From an uncultured Verrucomicrobiota bacterium (lineage in GTDB: Bacteria; Verrucomicrobiota; Verrucomicrobiia; Limisphaerales; UBA1319): a stretch of DNA of 64,000 nucleotides. Each line of letters begins with the position of its first letter. Positions within the stretch are counted from its first letter, which is position 1. Below are positions 49,298-60,125 of the stretch, in pieces. The position numbers were made by a program, and so were the translations under genes. The notes under the pieces are model-generated. The model was not told where the DNA came from. It ran no database searches and saw only the letters and a list, made by a program, of their open reading frames with translations. The stretch spans positions 7,069 through 71,068 of the forward strand of contig CAIMWS010000521.1 of the NCBI GenBank assembly GCA_903845125.1, read 5' to 3'.

Positions 49298-49450
49298 TTA
49301 CATGAAGGGATACATCAGCGGGGCCAGCACACTGCTGGATGAAAAAACAATCAAGGCGCCCAAGAGGAGCAATACCACCACCAAGGGCACCAGCCACCAC
49401 TTCTTTTCCTGCTTTAAAAACAGGAAAAACTCTTTGCACAATTGCCACAT
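49298..49450 (-). CDS. SxtK-like / DUF5989 small membrane protein (50 aa), absent from ORF track
   Basis: Hand translation MWQLCKEFFLFLKQEKKWWLVPLVVVLLLLGALIVFSSSSVLAPLMYPFM*; TAA abuts the carbamoyltransferase ATG. Confidence 0.85.
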   Translation of the reverse strand: MWQLCKEFFLFLKQEKKWWLVPLVVVLLLLGALIVFSSSSVLAPLMYPFM

Positions 49451-49516
49451 TGCGGAGCCACCCTAGCCACAATCACCCCACCATTGCAAATCCGGATTCA
49501 CCCCACGAAAGCCCGC

Positions 49517-50869
49517 TCAGTGAGCCTTGATATCGAGGCATTTCATCTGGGTTTGGTCCCGGATCAGCAATTTGGCGTCCGCCAAGGCCAGGGGCGCCCA
49601 GATCTCCCGCCCTTCCAGCAGCTTGGCCTGCCCCAGGGATTTGAATCCGGCAGGCGACGGTTGCACAATATGCAGTTCGCCGGTCCGGCCATCCATGGCA
49701 TACATGGTGCCGTCCGCCGTCAGCACGGAACCCCCTTTATCGAAGTTGGGATTGCTTTTGGTCTGCCATACCAGCTTCCCGTCGGAATCAAAACAGACCA
49801 TGCCATCGGATCGTTCGTTCACGTTGCATAATACATAGATGTGGCCCTGGTAAGCCAATCCTGGGTGGCAATGGCCGCCGATTTTGTCAATGCGCGCCAC
49901 TTCCTGGGCCGCCCATTTGCCGTCCTGCCGGGTTACCTGGAATATCGCGCTCCCCGCCGTATACGCCCCCGTGATGAAAAACTTCCCCCGCCCCAGGGCG
50001 GTTATGTTCGGGATCGCAATTTTGCAGGGGTGGGCGAATTGCCAGAGCAATTTGCCATCCTGGGCTCCCACGGCAGCGGCGCCCTTGCCATTGACGATCG
50101 CCACCTGGTCGATGCCATCCACCTGGAGCAGCATGGGCGACCCATAAGCCATCGTGCCGACGGCTTCCGAGCGCCATTTTTCCTGCCCGGTGGCCTGGTC
50201 AAAGGCCACCAAGCCAACCGACCCGCCCTGGGGGGCAGCGATCACCATGTCCTTATACAAAAGCGGGGATTGAGCCACCGCCCACCGGGGCGCGGAAGCC
50301 CCAAAATCGGTCACAATATTTTTCTGCCACAAAAGCTTGTGCGTGGCGATATCCACACACCGAAGGTTGCCAAAAGGGCCGATGGCATACACCCGGTCAC
50401 TGGTCACCGCCGGGGTGCTGCGGGAGCCATCATGGTCGATCCGGCCCGGAGCCTCATAACCGAGATTCCACAGTTCCTTGCCCGTCGCCAATTCCAAGCA
50501 ACGCAAGACATCCTGTTTTTGCTCCTGCCGATCCAGCACGAACACCTTGCCGTCCCTGACTGCCGCTCCGCCATACCCCGCGCCCAGGGGAACCGTCCAG
50601 AGCACTTTGGGTCCGGCGGCGGGCCAGGCGCGCAACAAACCGGTTTCCGGCGAAGTGCCGTCCCCATTGGGCCCCATGAATTGGGGCCAGTCAGAGCCAT
50701 ATGCGGCACCAATGCAGGTGGAGAATGCAGCCGCCAATAACCAAGGCAGGTTTTGCCCGGCGCCGAAAAGTGTGTCGTTCCGTTTCATAAAGAAAGAACT
50801 TATAGCGGAAAGCCCGTGTAAAACAATCCTGATCGCCATCCTGAAAAAACTCCGCCAGCCTGGGTTCAC
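49517..50869 (-). CDS. PQQ-binding-like (BamB-type) beta-propeller protein, secreted
   Basis: DWPQFMGPNGDG, WP..GPKVLW, TGKELW, RSTP, SPL, WAPLALA..LLIRD; start may be ATG 50788. Confidence 0.85.
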   Translation of the reverse strand: MNPGWRSFFRMAIRIVLHGLSAISSFFMKRNDTLFGAGQNLPWLLAAAFSTCIGAAYGSDWPQFMGPNGDGTSPETGLLRAWPAAGPKVLWTVPLGAGYGGAAVRDGKVFVLDRQEQKQDVLRCLELATGKELWNLGYEAPGRIDHDGSRSTPAVTSDRVYAIGPFGNLRCVDIATHKLLWQKNIVTDFGASAPRWAVAQSPLLYKDMVIAAPQGGSVGLVAFDQATGQEKWRSEAVGTMAYGSPMLLQVDGIDQVAIVNGKGAAAVGAQDGKLLWQFAHPCKIAIPNITALGRGKFFITGAYTAGSAIFQVTRQDGKWAAQEVARIDKIGGHCHPGLAYQGHIYVLCNVNERSDGMVCFDSDGKLVWQTKSNPNFDKGGSVLTADGTMYAMDGRTGELHIVQPSPAGFKSLGQAKLLEGREIWAPLALADAKLLIRDQTQMKCLDIKAH

Positions 50870-52824
50870 TGATCATCAGCGGCAGCGACTGGCGTTGAAG
50901 CGGATCTGGTGGAGCATTCAGCATGCGTGATGCGCGCATAGAATCCGCCGGAAATCTGCAGTTCGGCTGGCGTGCCAAATTCCTTCAAATAACCATTTTC
51001 CAAGACCATCACCCGGTCGGCCAGGCGAATGGTGGGCAAACGATGGGCCGCGATAATGGCTGTGCGCCCCCGAAGCCACGGCCGCAAGGCTTCTCCCAAC
51101 AAAAACTCGGTTTCCAAGTCCAGGGCGCTGGTTGGCTCATCGAGGATCAGGATGGGAGCATCTTTCAAGAAAGCCCGGGCCAGGCTGAGCCGCTGTTTTT
51201 CGCCCGCACTCAGCCGGGCGGATCCATCGCCAACCACGGTTTCGTATTGTTTGGGCAGCGCTTTGATGAAAGCCTCGGCTTGGGCTGCCTGGGCCGCCGC
51301 TTCAATCTCCGGTTGAGTGGCGCCCGGTTTGCCAAAAGCGATATTCTCCGCGATGGTGCCGGGCACCAGCAGCGAATCCTGCATCACCATCGCCACGAGG
51401 CTGCGCAGGTCTTTCAGACGGAAATCCCGCAGGTCGGTGCCATCGAGCCGCACCGCTCCCTGAACCGGATCAAAAAAGCGCGGCAGCAAGTTCAGCAGGG
51501 TGCTCTTCCCGGATCCGCTGGGTCCCACCAGGGCGATCACCTCGCCGGATTGTATCAGGCAGGTGATTTCCTTCAGGACCAGTTGATTGGGCTGGTAGGC
51601 GAAAGACACCCGGTCGAACTCGATCCGGCCCTCCACTGGAATTGGCTGATCCACCCCCACCGGAATGGGCCGGGCGGTGCGTTTTACCAGCAACTGGGCC
51701 GTGGTGGGCCGGGCCGCTGGCTCCGGGGGCGGGACCTGGGCCACGGGAACTTCAGGGACCGGGCTGTGGGCGATGCTGATGACACTTTTCCTCACCGCAC
51801 TCCGGGCGTGGGGGGACTCGCGCACCTCCTCCGGGGCATCCAGGATTTCCAAAACCCGCTGGGCACTGGCGGCGGCGGCCGAGGTGGTGGCGCCCACATG
51901 GGAAAGCTGGTTGAGCGGATCGTAAAACTGGCCCAAATACGCCAGGAAAACCAGCAACTGCCCCACCGTCAATTCCTGGCGCAGCGCTTGGTGGCTGCCC
52001 AACCAGATGATTCCGGTGCTGCCCAGCGCAAAAATAAACGCGATCAGCGTCAAGTAAGTGACCTCCAAACCGTGCTGGCCCAACCGTTTGCGAAAGGAAT
52101 CCACCACTTGCATTGCGAACCGGCTGGCAGCCGGGCCTTCCTGGGTATAGCTCTGGACCAATGGTAAAGCAGCGATACCTTGCTGCACCAGGGATGCCAC
52201 CTGGCTGTCCGCTTGCTGGGCTTGCAAACCGCGATGGTTCATGGCCCGGCCGAGGCTGGACATGGTGAGCAGGAGCAAAGGCACCGTGGCCAGGGCGGCA
52301 TAAGTCAGCACCGGGCTTAACAGCCACATCACAATCACCATGGGCAGCAACCCCAGGAAAGCTGTGAGGAACCCAAACAATCCATGTTGGAAAAGGGTTT
52401 GGAACGCGAAGGTATCCCAGCAGGCTCGATAAATGAGGTCGCCCTGCCGGGCCCCCTGAGCCGAGCGTAACGATAGCCGCTGCAACCGGTTAAAAAGCTG
52501 GTTGCGAACCCGGGCCAGCCCCCGTAAACCGGTCTGGATGAGCAGGAAATTCTGAGCCGAGGCCAGCGCTGCCTGCCCAAAGTGCAATAGCAATACCAAG
52601 CCCGCCAGGAACGCCAGAAGCGCCGGTTTATCCCAGCCAACCGCCAGGTTTGCCAGCCAGCCGGGCAAAGGCTTGCCACCCAACAGCCCATCCACCACCA
52701 AGGCCAACGGCCAGGGCTTGAGCAGGCTGGCTAAAGCCCCGCAAAAAACCAGCACCACCGCCGCCGCAATCCGCGGCGAGTCCGGCTGGAAAAAGTTCAA
52801 CACCCGCAAAATGATCCGCATCAT
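50866..52824 (-). CDS. ABC exporter, fused permease + ATPase (MsbA-like)
   Basis: TM domain; GPSGSGKST, LSAGEKQR, ILILDEPTSALD, AHR; Pro-rich linker. Confidence 0.9.
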   Translation of the reverse strand: MMRIILRVLNFFQPDSPRIAAAVVLVFCGALASLLKPWPLALVVDGLLGGKPLPGWLANLAVGWDKPALLAFLAGLVLLLHFGQAALASAQNFLLIQTGLRGLARVRNQLFNRLQRLSLRSAQGARQGDLIYRACWDTFAFQTLFQHGLFGFLTAFLGLLPMVIVMWLLSPVLTYAALATVPLLLLTMSSLGRAMNHRGLQAQQADSQVASLVQQGIAALPLVQSYTQEGPAASRFAMQVVDSFRKRLGQHGLEVTYLTLIAFIFALGSTGIIWLGSHQALRQELTVGQLLVFLAYLGQFYDPLNQLSHVGATTSAAAASAQRVLEILDAPEEVRESPHARSAVRKSVISIAHSPVPEVPVAQVPPPEPAARPTTAQLLVKRTARPIPVGVDQPIPVEGRIEFDRVSFAYQPNQLVLKEITCLIQSGEVIALVGPSGSGKSTLLNLLPRFFDPVQGAVRLDGTDLRDFRLKDLRSLVAMVMQDSLLVPGTIAENIAFGKPGATQPEIEAAAQAAQAEAFIKALPKQYETVVGDGSARLSAGEKQRLSLARAFLKDAPILILDEPTSALDLETEFLLGEALRPWLRGRTAIIAAHRLPTIRLADRVMVLENGYLKEFGTPAELQISGGFYARITHAECSTRSASTPVAAADDQ

Positions 52825-53259
52825 ATGACTGGCACAAGCCAGGGAAGCATACCCGGTTTCCCGCCCAACCTAAAGCGGAATTATTGTTTATAGAAATTCA
52901 CATCTTAAGCCCCGTTTTAGCCAACGACCGGGACCGGATGGGCTTCAAAACCGCTCCCATCCGCGTGCGCCCACCCCACAGGGAGATGCCGAAAGTCATC
53001 AAGTCCGCCCGGCAGCAGCAGGCATAAGCACCACGCCACCCATCAGCCAGCGCCTGGCCTGTGGAAAACCATCCTGCCGTTGACCTCTGGGCTACCTACT
53101 TTTCGGCACCGACATGGGGGATGTTTTGAACCGGCCACCTTAAAATCGCGGCTGCCGCCGTCTGGGAATTGGTTTACTGCCGATAGGGCAACTCGATAGA
53201 GGAAAGAGGTGTCCGGACCCGCTTGACGCAGCCTCTCCAGCAGCGCACAATCATCAGCC

Positions 53260-54042
53260 ATGAAGCCACGAAGTCGTCCGGCAAACCTGGCCTTCACCTT
53301 GATCGAACTGCTGGTCGTGATCGCGATCATCGCCATCCTGGCAGGGATGCTGCTGCCAGCCTTGAGCAAAGCGAAGGCCAAAGGCCAGCAGACACTGTGT
53401 GCCAGCAACCTCAAGCAACTCCAGCTCTGCTGGACCATGTATGCCGGTGATCACGGGGAAAACCTGGTCTCCAACGATCCCAACGTGGGTCCCGGTTCCA
53501 AGGTATGGATCCAAGGTTATATGCAGGACAACCACGTGGATTCAACCAACCTGATCCCGATCCAGAATGGGCTCCTATACTCATACAATAAATCCACCGC
53601 CATTTACCGGTGCCCCAGCGACTTGGGCCGGTCTGTGTTTGGGAACCGCCGCTATCCGCGGGTCCGCAGCTATTCCATGAATGGCTACATGAACGGGGTG
53701 GACGTTGGCTTGGTCTACTTCAACCAACGGGGCTACAAAGTGAACAAGAAAACCTCGGACATCACCGCTCCGCCGCCCGCCCGCGTCCTGGTATTCCTGG
53801 ATGAACACGAGAACAGCATTGATGACGGCCATTTTGGGTTCGCCCCGGAAGGGGACCAATGGATGAACCTGCCCGCTTCCTGGCACAGCCGGGGCTGCAG
53901 TTTTTCCTTCGCCGACGGCCACGCAGAAAAGTTTGTCTGGCGGGACCCGCGCACCGTGGCCATCAAGGTGATCAATTCGGTTTCCACTCCCAACAACCCT
54001 GATTTAAAACGGCTGCAAGCCGCGCTGGCCACTAAAAGCTGA
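53260..54042 (+). CDS. Prepilin-type N-terminal cleavage/methylation protein with H-X9-DG domain
   Basis: AFTLIELLVVIAIIAILAGMLLPAL, C.SNLKQ, YRCPSD, SYSMN, H-SRGCSFSFA-DGH. Confidence 0.9.
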   Translation: MKPRSRPANLAFTLIELLVVIAIIAILAGMLLPALSKAKAKGQQTLCASNLKQLQLCWTMYAGDHGENLVSNDPNVGPGSKVWIQGYMQDNHVDSTNLIPIQNGLLYSYNKSTAIYRCPSDLGRSVFGNRRYPRVRSYSMNGYMNGVDVGLVYFNQRGYKVNKKTSDITAPPPARVLVFLDEHENSIDDGHFGFAPEGDQWMNLPASWHSRGCSFSFADGHAEKFVWRDPRTVAIKVINSVSTPNNPDLKRLQAALATKS

Positions 54043-54112
54043 ACCCGCCATGCCCCAGTGCGCCCTGAGCAGCCCCCGCAAAAATGGCGCGGGAAGGCAG
54101 GCCCGGGGGATG

Positions 54113-57100
54113 TCAGCCGCATTGGGTATCGCCCAAGGCTTCTTTCACGAGCAGAAACAGAAATTCCAAGCGGTCCACCCATGCCCCCCCTTTTTCCCGC
54201 AGATCCTGCTCGGGGGCTTTTTCCAAACGATCCGACTCCATGACCAGCATGCCGGCGCTGATGGTGGAAGCGCCGCCACGGATGCGGTGCGCGATGGCCC
54301 GCACATTCTGGAAATCGCCCTGCTTGAAGGCTTCCCGCAGCCGCACCAGTTGCTTGGGGAGATCCTCCAGAAACAGGGCGGCAATCCGGCGGGCGGTTTC
54401 CAAATCTCCATCACAACGACGGAGAAATTCCTCCTGGTTCAACGGCTCGGCAGGTTCAACGGGAGCGGGTGCAAGCGGGGTTTCCGCAGCCATGCCCTCC
54501 GCCTGGCCAGGCACGGACGCGTCGTCTGGCCGCAGCCAGCGCAGCAGCATCCGGGAGAGCTTCTGCATATCGAACGGTTTGGTGAGATGATCATCCATTC
54601 CCGCTCGCAAGCTTTTCTCGCGATCTCCAGCCATGGCATTCGCGGTGAGGGCGATCACCGGAACCAGGGAATTGAGCACACCGGTGTCGGGATCGCGGAT
54701 CTTCCGGGTGGTTTCGTACCCATCCATCTCGGGCATCTGGCAATCCATCAGGACCAGATCGCATGGCACTTTTCTCAGCATCTCCAGTGCCTCGAGCCCA
54801 TTACTGGCGGCATCCACCAGCACACCGAGTTTTTTCAAGACCCGCATGGCCAATTCCTGGTTGGTAGGATTATCTTCGACCAACAGCACTTTAAATCCTG
54901 CCAACTGGCTGGCGATATCGGTGGCCGGAAGCGCGGAGAAACGCGGAGCCGCGGTGGCGGCCGCGGCCCCTCCCCCTCCCAAGGCGCTTTGCAGCGCATC
55001 GCGCAAGGCGCCCTGCCGCAAAGGCTTGTAGAGCAGAGCCGCGGGTCCCAGCCAATCCCATTCCCCCGGAAGACTGGGCGCCCCCAAGACGTTGATCAGG
55101 ATCAAACGGGCCTGTGAGAACCATTTTTCCGAGCGCACCTGGGGGCCCAACTGCGCCTGCAGATCGCCGCCCCCGGAAACATCGAGCAAGATCACCCGGT
55201 AGGCATCGTTGGCAGCGGCAGCCTTCCGTAATGAATCGAGCGCGGCCTCCAGAGTATCCACCTCCCCGCATCGGGCGCCCCAGTATTCGAGTAATCCTTT
55301 GACCACGGCCCGGGTCTGGGCATGGCGATCCACCACCAGCATGTTGAGTTTGGCGACGGGTGGAGCCTCCGGAAGAGCCGGCGCGATGGCAGTTTGCCTT
55401 GCGCAAGGCAGCGTGAAAAAGAAGGCGGAACCACGGCCGGATTCGCTCTCCGCGCCAATGGTCCCCCCCATCAATTCGACGAGGCGCTTGCAAATCGCCA
55501 AGCCCAGGCCGGTGCCTCCGTACCGGCGATTGGTCGAGCCATCCGCCTGCACAAATGGGCTGAACAGCCCGGACAACTGCTGCTCGCTGATGCCGATGCC
55601 CGTATCCGCCACGACGAAATCCAAGGTAACCAGGGCTTCGCTTTCAGATTGTGCCCCCACTCTGAGCACCACGCTGCCAGTCTCGGTGAATTTCACGGCG
55701 TTGCCCACCAGATTCACCAGGATCTGCCGCAACCGTTCAGGATCCCCGCGCAAGCGGGTGGGAATTCCCGGAGCGAAAGCGCAAGCCAGGTCGAGATCCT
55801 TTTCCTGGGCACGAGCGGCAAACATTTCCGTGACATCCTCCACCAAGGCCAGAAGGTCAAAATCGATGCATTCCAACTCCAATTTCCGGGCTTCGATCTT
55901 AGAAAAATCCAGGATGTCGTTGAGCAGCGTGGAAAGAATTTCCGCGCTGGCCCGGGCGATGGTGGCGAACCGGCGCTGTTCGGCATCCAGGGATGTCTCC
56001 AGCAGCAGTTGGATCATGCCCACAATCCCGCTGACCGGGGTGCGAATCTCGTGGCTCATATTGGCGACGAATTCGCTTTTGGCCGCATTGGCTTTCTGGG
56101 CCAGCAGCGCCATCTCGTTGGCCCGGGAGGTGACCTCCTCCAAATGGCGATTAGTCTGCTGCAACTGGTCCTCCGCCTGTTTACGCTCCGTGATATCCGT
56201 GATGGCACCCGCCATCAGCCAAGGCTGCCCGGCATCAGTCCATTTGATGACCTTGCCACGGTCGTGCACCCACACCCACCGGCCATCACGGTGGCGCATG
56301 CGGTATTCCATGTCGTAATTAGGCAGGTCCCCTGCGAAATGCTTTTGCAGTTGTTGCTGGCAACGCTGAAGATCCTCTGGATGCGTTGTGTCCTGCCAGG
56401 TTCTGATCGTCAACGGAGAAAGATCTTCCAGCGAGTAGCCCGCGATGGCCGCCCAACGGGCATTGCACGCAGCCAGGCCGGTCTGGAAATCCCATTCCCA
56501 GGTGCCCGCCCGGGTGGCCTCGATAATGCGTACAAGCCGCTCCTCACTGGCGCGCAAAAACTCCTCCGCCTGTTTCTGCTCGGTGACATCCACCATCACG
56601 GTCAAAAGGCTTTTCTGCCCCTGGGTTTCAATGACTTCACCCGAAAACAGCCCCACGAGAATGCGCCCATCCTTGGCCTTCACCGCCAAATCGTGGTTGC
56701 GGAAACGGCCGTCACGCTTCAACTCCTGTTCCATCCGCGCATTCTCGTGAGGTTGGGCAAACAGGCCCAATTCCTCGGAAGTCTTTCCCACCACTTCTTC
56801 ACGGCTGTAGCCGAGCTTGATCAGGAAGGAATCATTCACCTCGGAAAAATGGCGGTCCGGAAGGGAAGTGACCGCCATCAACGCCGGGTTGCTGCTGAAA
56901 AAACGGTTGAATTTTTGCAGCGCCGACTCCAGGCGGCTGAGGTCTTTGAAAATACCGAACACACAATCCTTGCCGTTCCACCGGCCGAACCATACCCGGG
57001 TTTCCACCGGGAGCACCACTCCATTTTTTGCCTGCAGGGGCAGCGGGCAGGTGAGCAACTGCCCATGGAGCATAGCCTCAAAGATCCGCTCCACCTCAGC

Positions 57101-59860
57101 CCGTTTTTCCGGTTGATGCAAATCCAAAAAATGCAACAAGCCCAATTCCTCCTGGCTGAAACCCAGCTTTCGGGTTACCGCCGGATTGGTGTATATGATG
57201 TGCCCCCGCGGCGTTCCCACTAGGATCAAGTCGTCCACGGTTTCAAAAAAGGTTCGAAAATTCTCCTCGCTCTCGCGGAGTTTTTGCTCGGCCAATTTGC
57301 GGCCTGTGATGTCGTAATTCACGCCCGTCAACCGGAAGGGCTGCCCCGCCTCGTCGCGGCTCACCCTGGCCACCGCCCGGATATGCCGGACCTCCCCGGT
57401 GGGCCATACCACGCGAAACTCAGTATCGAATTCTTTCTGCCCCTTTAAAGCCATTTGGATTTCCTCACTTGCCCGGGCGGCGTCGTCCGGGTGTAGGGCA
57501 CGCACCCAAGCCTCATAGGCGGAGGTAAAATCTTCCGCCTTCAGCCCGTAAAGGGCATGCATGTGAGAATCCCAGCTCAGCCGATTTTCAGGCACTTCCC
57601 AATCCCAAACCCCGATTCCGGCAGCATCGGCTGCCAGGGAAAAGCGCTCGTTCAAAAGCCGGAGCCGGTTTTGAGTCTGGTATTCATTCGTAGTGTCCCG
57701 GAAGGCCAGGACGGTGCCCATCAGCTGGCCTTCGGCGGCTCGGATGGGAGAGCAGCTGCCCGATATTTTACAATGCCTGCCATCCCTGGCCAGGAGGGCC
57801 GACTGGTCTGGCAGGGTGCAAGTGCGGTCATCCATCAAGGTGCGCCGGACGGGGTTTTCCGCTTCGGTGAAGGCCTGGCCGTGAACCATCCGGAAAATTG
57901 ACTCCACCGGCTGACCCAGGGCTTCGGCAGCGGGCCACCCAGTCAGCTGTTCCGCCAGTAAGTTGATGCGAATCACCCGCCCGGCCTCATCGGTGGTGAT
58001 CACCCCGTCATCGATGGAACGTAGCGTGGCCGCAAGGTTTTCCTCGCTGGCCCGCAGTTCGGCGGTGCGCCTCTGGACCGCGCGCTCAAGCGCGACCCGC
58101 TGCCGGGTCAGAAAGGCGACGAAGGCCGTGACCAGCGAGGTGAGCAACAGGCCCACCAACCCCGCCTCCCAGCCACGTACCAGAGGGTTGGATGCCACGT
58201 AGCCCGGCTGCGCCCAGGCCCGCAATGCCAGCGCTTTGCCAAAGACAAAAAATGGCATCATCACGGCCAATCCACCAGCGCCAGGCTGGATAGGATTGTC
58301 CAGACGGGCCGAAGCGTGGAAAGCACCATCCGCCGATGAAGCCATCACTAACGGCGGACGCCCCGCCTCCAGTTGCAGGAGATCTGCGGTTATGCCGGTT
58401 TCCTGATTGCCGGTTTGGTGGAGCGATTGCTGCAGCGCCGTACGCAGCCGCAAAACCACCAGGGCGTAACCCCGCAAATGTTGCGCGGCCCGGCCTCCCC
58501 CAAATACCGGCCGGAAAACCAGCATGCCAAGCTGGTTGCCGGTTTCCTGCACCAATACGATCGGATCGGTAGCCGTGTGCAAACCGGTGTGCGCCGCGCT
58601 TTCCAAGGCGGAACGGCGGACCGCCTCCGATCCCAAATCATAGCCAAGGGCTTTCTCGTTGCCGCCCCGGGGCTCGGCAAAGAGCACGGGATAATTGGTG
58701 GCGCGGCCACTGGCGGACGAGCGGGCACCATTGCCATCTTTTTGAAAAATGCTGAAACCTTCCAATCCTTGCTGGCGCGCCTGCATTTCCACCTCCGCCA
58801 CCGCCGGAGCAGGAACCACCGGAATCCATTCCCAAGCCTGGACCAAGGCATCCTTCGCCAAAGGCTCAACATATTTTTGAAATTGGGTCAGCCCGATTTC
58901 AGAGGAAAGCTCAAGGAAGCGGCCCAACCCGGCCAGGGAATGATCCAGCCGTTGAACCATTTTTTCCACATCAGCCGCCTGCCCGCGGGCGATTACCGCA
59001 AATCTCTCGAACCGGGACAGGGTCTCGATTTCATTGACATGCCAGGCCACCGCCAGCGTGATGCCCATCCCCAACAAGGCCGCAAGGACCGCCTCCGGAC
59101 TGGACCGTAACCCATGGCGCCCAGCAGAGAAATCACGGCCGGAGCTTAAGGCGCTTTGCCCGACCGCCAGGAGCGTCAGGAGCAGGGAGGCAAAAAACAG
59201 CGGCACCCAGCGGGTGCGGGTGGAACCTGAACAGGCTTGTTGGACGGTGATTTCCGCAACAACCACCATCAGCATTTTGTCCCCGTGTGGATCGGCCACC
59301 GGGACGTACGCGCTTACCACTTTTTCGCCCCGGCCAGCAGCCGGGCCGGCAGTTTGGGCGTGCCCGGACTTGAGGACCGCCTCGAGTTCAGAAGGTGGAT
59401 CCCTAAGCACCCTGCCTGGCGGCGAAACCTCAGCATCGTTTTCCTCCAAACTTTCCGGCCCCATCACCCATTGGCCTTCCCGCTGCGCAACAACATAGAG
59501 GTGATGCAAATTCGCCGTCTTGGCGTAGGCCAGCAATTGTTTGTGCAGCCGGTCGTATTCAGGCCGCTGGCGATCTTCCGCCGCAAAGGTAAGCACCCGG
59601 GCTTCCTGGGGATTGATGGCGCGCGCCACGGCCCTGGCCTGCGCCACCAACATCCCCTGTTGCCAGATTGCCGACTTGCGATCCCAATACCAGGCGCCTG
59701 ATAATCCACCGAGTAAAAACAGCAGCGCCAGCGCTGCCACGGTGCCGTGCCGCATCCGATGGAAGCTGCTCATCCAGGCACCAACCTGATCGCCACCTTG
59801 CCCCGGGTTTGGCGGGGTTTGGTTCTGGAGGCGGGAATTCAGCATGGCCGCAAAACACAA
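54113..59860 (-). CDS. Hybrid sensor histidine kinase: periplasmic domain + CHASE + 5 PAS + HisKA/HATPase + 2 REC + Hpt
   Basis: CHASE EPRGGNEKALGYDL; five PAS-PAC segments; ANMSHEIRTP, NLVGNAVKFT, DTGIG, GGTGLGL; VLMDCQMP; AHRIRGG; start uncertain. Confidence 0.9.
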   Translation of the reverse strand: MCFAAMLNSRLQNQTPPNPGQGGDQVGAWMSSFHRMRHGTVAALALLFLLGGLSGAWYWDRKSAIWQQGMLVAQARAVARAINPQEARVLTFAAEDRQRPEYDRLHKQLLAYAKTANLHHLYVVAQREGQWVMGPESLEENDAEVSPPGRVLRDPPSELEAVLKSGHAQTAGPAAGRGEKVVSAYVPVADPHGDKMLMVVVAEITVQQACSGSTRTRWVPLFFASLLLTLLAVGQSALSSGRDFSAGRHGLRSSPEAVLAALLGMGITLAVAWHVNEIETLSRFERFAVIARGQAADVEKMVQRLDHSLAGLGRFLELSSEIGLTQFQKYVEPLAKDALVQAWEWIPVVPAPAVAEVEMQARQQGLEGFSIFQKDGNGARSSASGRATNYPVLFAEPRGGNEKALGYDLGSEAVRRSALESAAHTGLHTATDPIVLVQETGNQLGMLVFRPVFGGGRAAQHLRGYALVVLRLRTALQQSLHQTGNQETGITADLLQLEAGRPPLVMASSADGAFHASARLDNPIQPGAGGLAVMMPFFVFGKALALRAWAQPGYVASNPLVRGWEAGLVGLLLTSLVTAFVAFLTRQRVALERAVQRRTAELRASEENLAATLRSIDDGVITTDEAGRVIRINLLAEQLTGWPAAEALGQPVESIFRMVHGQAFTEAENPVRRTLMDDRTCTLPDQSALLARDGRHCKISGSCSPIRAAEGQLMGTVLAFRDTTNEYQTQNRLRLLNERFSLAADAAGIGVWDWEVPENRLSWDSHMHALYGLKAEDFTSAYEAWVRALHPDDAARASEEIQMALKGQKEFDTEFRVVWPTGEVRHIRAVARVSRDEAGQPFRLTGVNYDITGRKLAEQKLRESEENFRTFFETVDDLILVGTPRGHIIYTNPAVTRKLGFSQEELGLLHFLDLHQPEKRAEVERIFEAMLHGQLLTCPLPLQAKNGVVLPVETRVWFGRWNGKDCVFGIFKDLSRLESALQKFNRFFSSNPALMAVTSLPDRHFSEVNDSFLIKLGYSREEVVGKTSEELGLFAQPHENARMEQELKRDGRFRNHDLAVKAKDGRILVGLFSGEVIETQGQKSLLTVMVDVTEQKQAEEFLRASEERLVRIIEATRAGTWEWDFQTGLAACNARWAAIAGYSLEDLSPLTIRTWQDTTHPEDLQRCQQQLQKHFAGDLPNYDMEYRMRHRDGRWVWVHDRGKVIKWTDAGQPWLMAGAITDITERKQAEDQLQQTNRHLEEVTSRANEMALLAQKANAAKSEFVANMSHEIRTPVSGIVGMIQLLLETSLDAEQRRFATIARASAEILSTLLNDILDFSKIEARKLELECIDFDLLALVEDVTEMFAARAQEKDLDLACAFAPGIPTRLRGDPERLRQILVNLVGNAVKFTETGSVVLRVGAQSESEALVTLDFVVADTGIGISEQQLSGLFSPFVQADGSTNRRYGGTGLGLAICKRLVELMGGTIGAESESGRGSAFFFTLPCARQTAIAPALPEAPPVAKLNMLVVDRHAQTRAVVKGLLEYWGARCGEVDTLEAALDSLRKAAAANDAYRVILLDVSGGGDLQAQLGPQVRSEKWFSQARLILINVLGAPSLPGEWDWLGPAALLYKPLRQGALRDALQSALGGGGAAAATAAPRFSALPATDIASQLAGFKVLLVEDNPTNQELAMRVLKKLGVLVDAASNGLEALEMLRKVPCDLVLMDCQMPEMDGYETTRKIRDPDTGVLNSLVPVIALTANAMAGDREKSLRAGMDDHLTKPFDMQKLSRMLLRWLRPDDASVPGQAEGMAAETPLAPAPVEPAEPLNQEEFLRRCDGDLETARRIAALFLEDLPKQLVRLREAFKQGDFQNVRAIAHRIRGGASTISAGMLVMESDRLEKAPEQDLREKGGAWVDRLEFLFLLVKEALGDTQCG

Positions 59861-60125
59861 CCTTCGACTTGTCCCCCCCCCATCCTCCAGGCAACCTCCA
59901 AGAATTTGCCAGCATTCATAATCGGACGCCAGCCTAACGGTTTCTTCTGAAAATGCATCATCATTCTCGCCGCTTTTCCCGGATTAATTTTGAATACTAT
60001 AGGCCATTTAAACCGCCTTGCCTCCCCCTGGCACAATCCTCGCCTGGCTTTGGTCCAACGGGGGAGGCGCAAAAAATCATTCCCATATTTGGAGAAACTG
60101 AATACCATTTCCGAGTGCTTCGGGT

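Noticed and set aside
47033-49450. Saxitoxin biosynthesis cluster
   Set aside because: Only I/J/K-like genes are present; no sxtA, sxtG or other core genes nearby.
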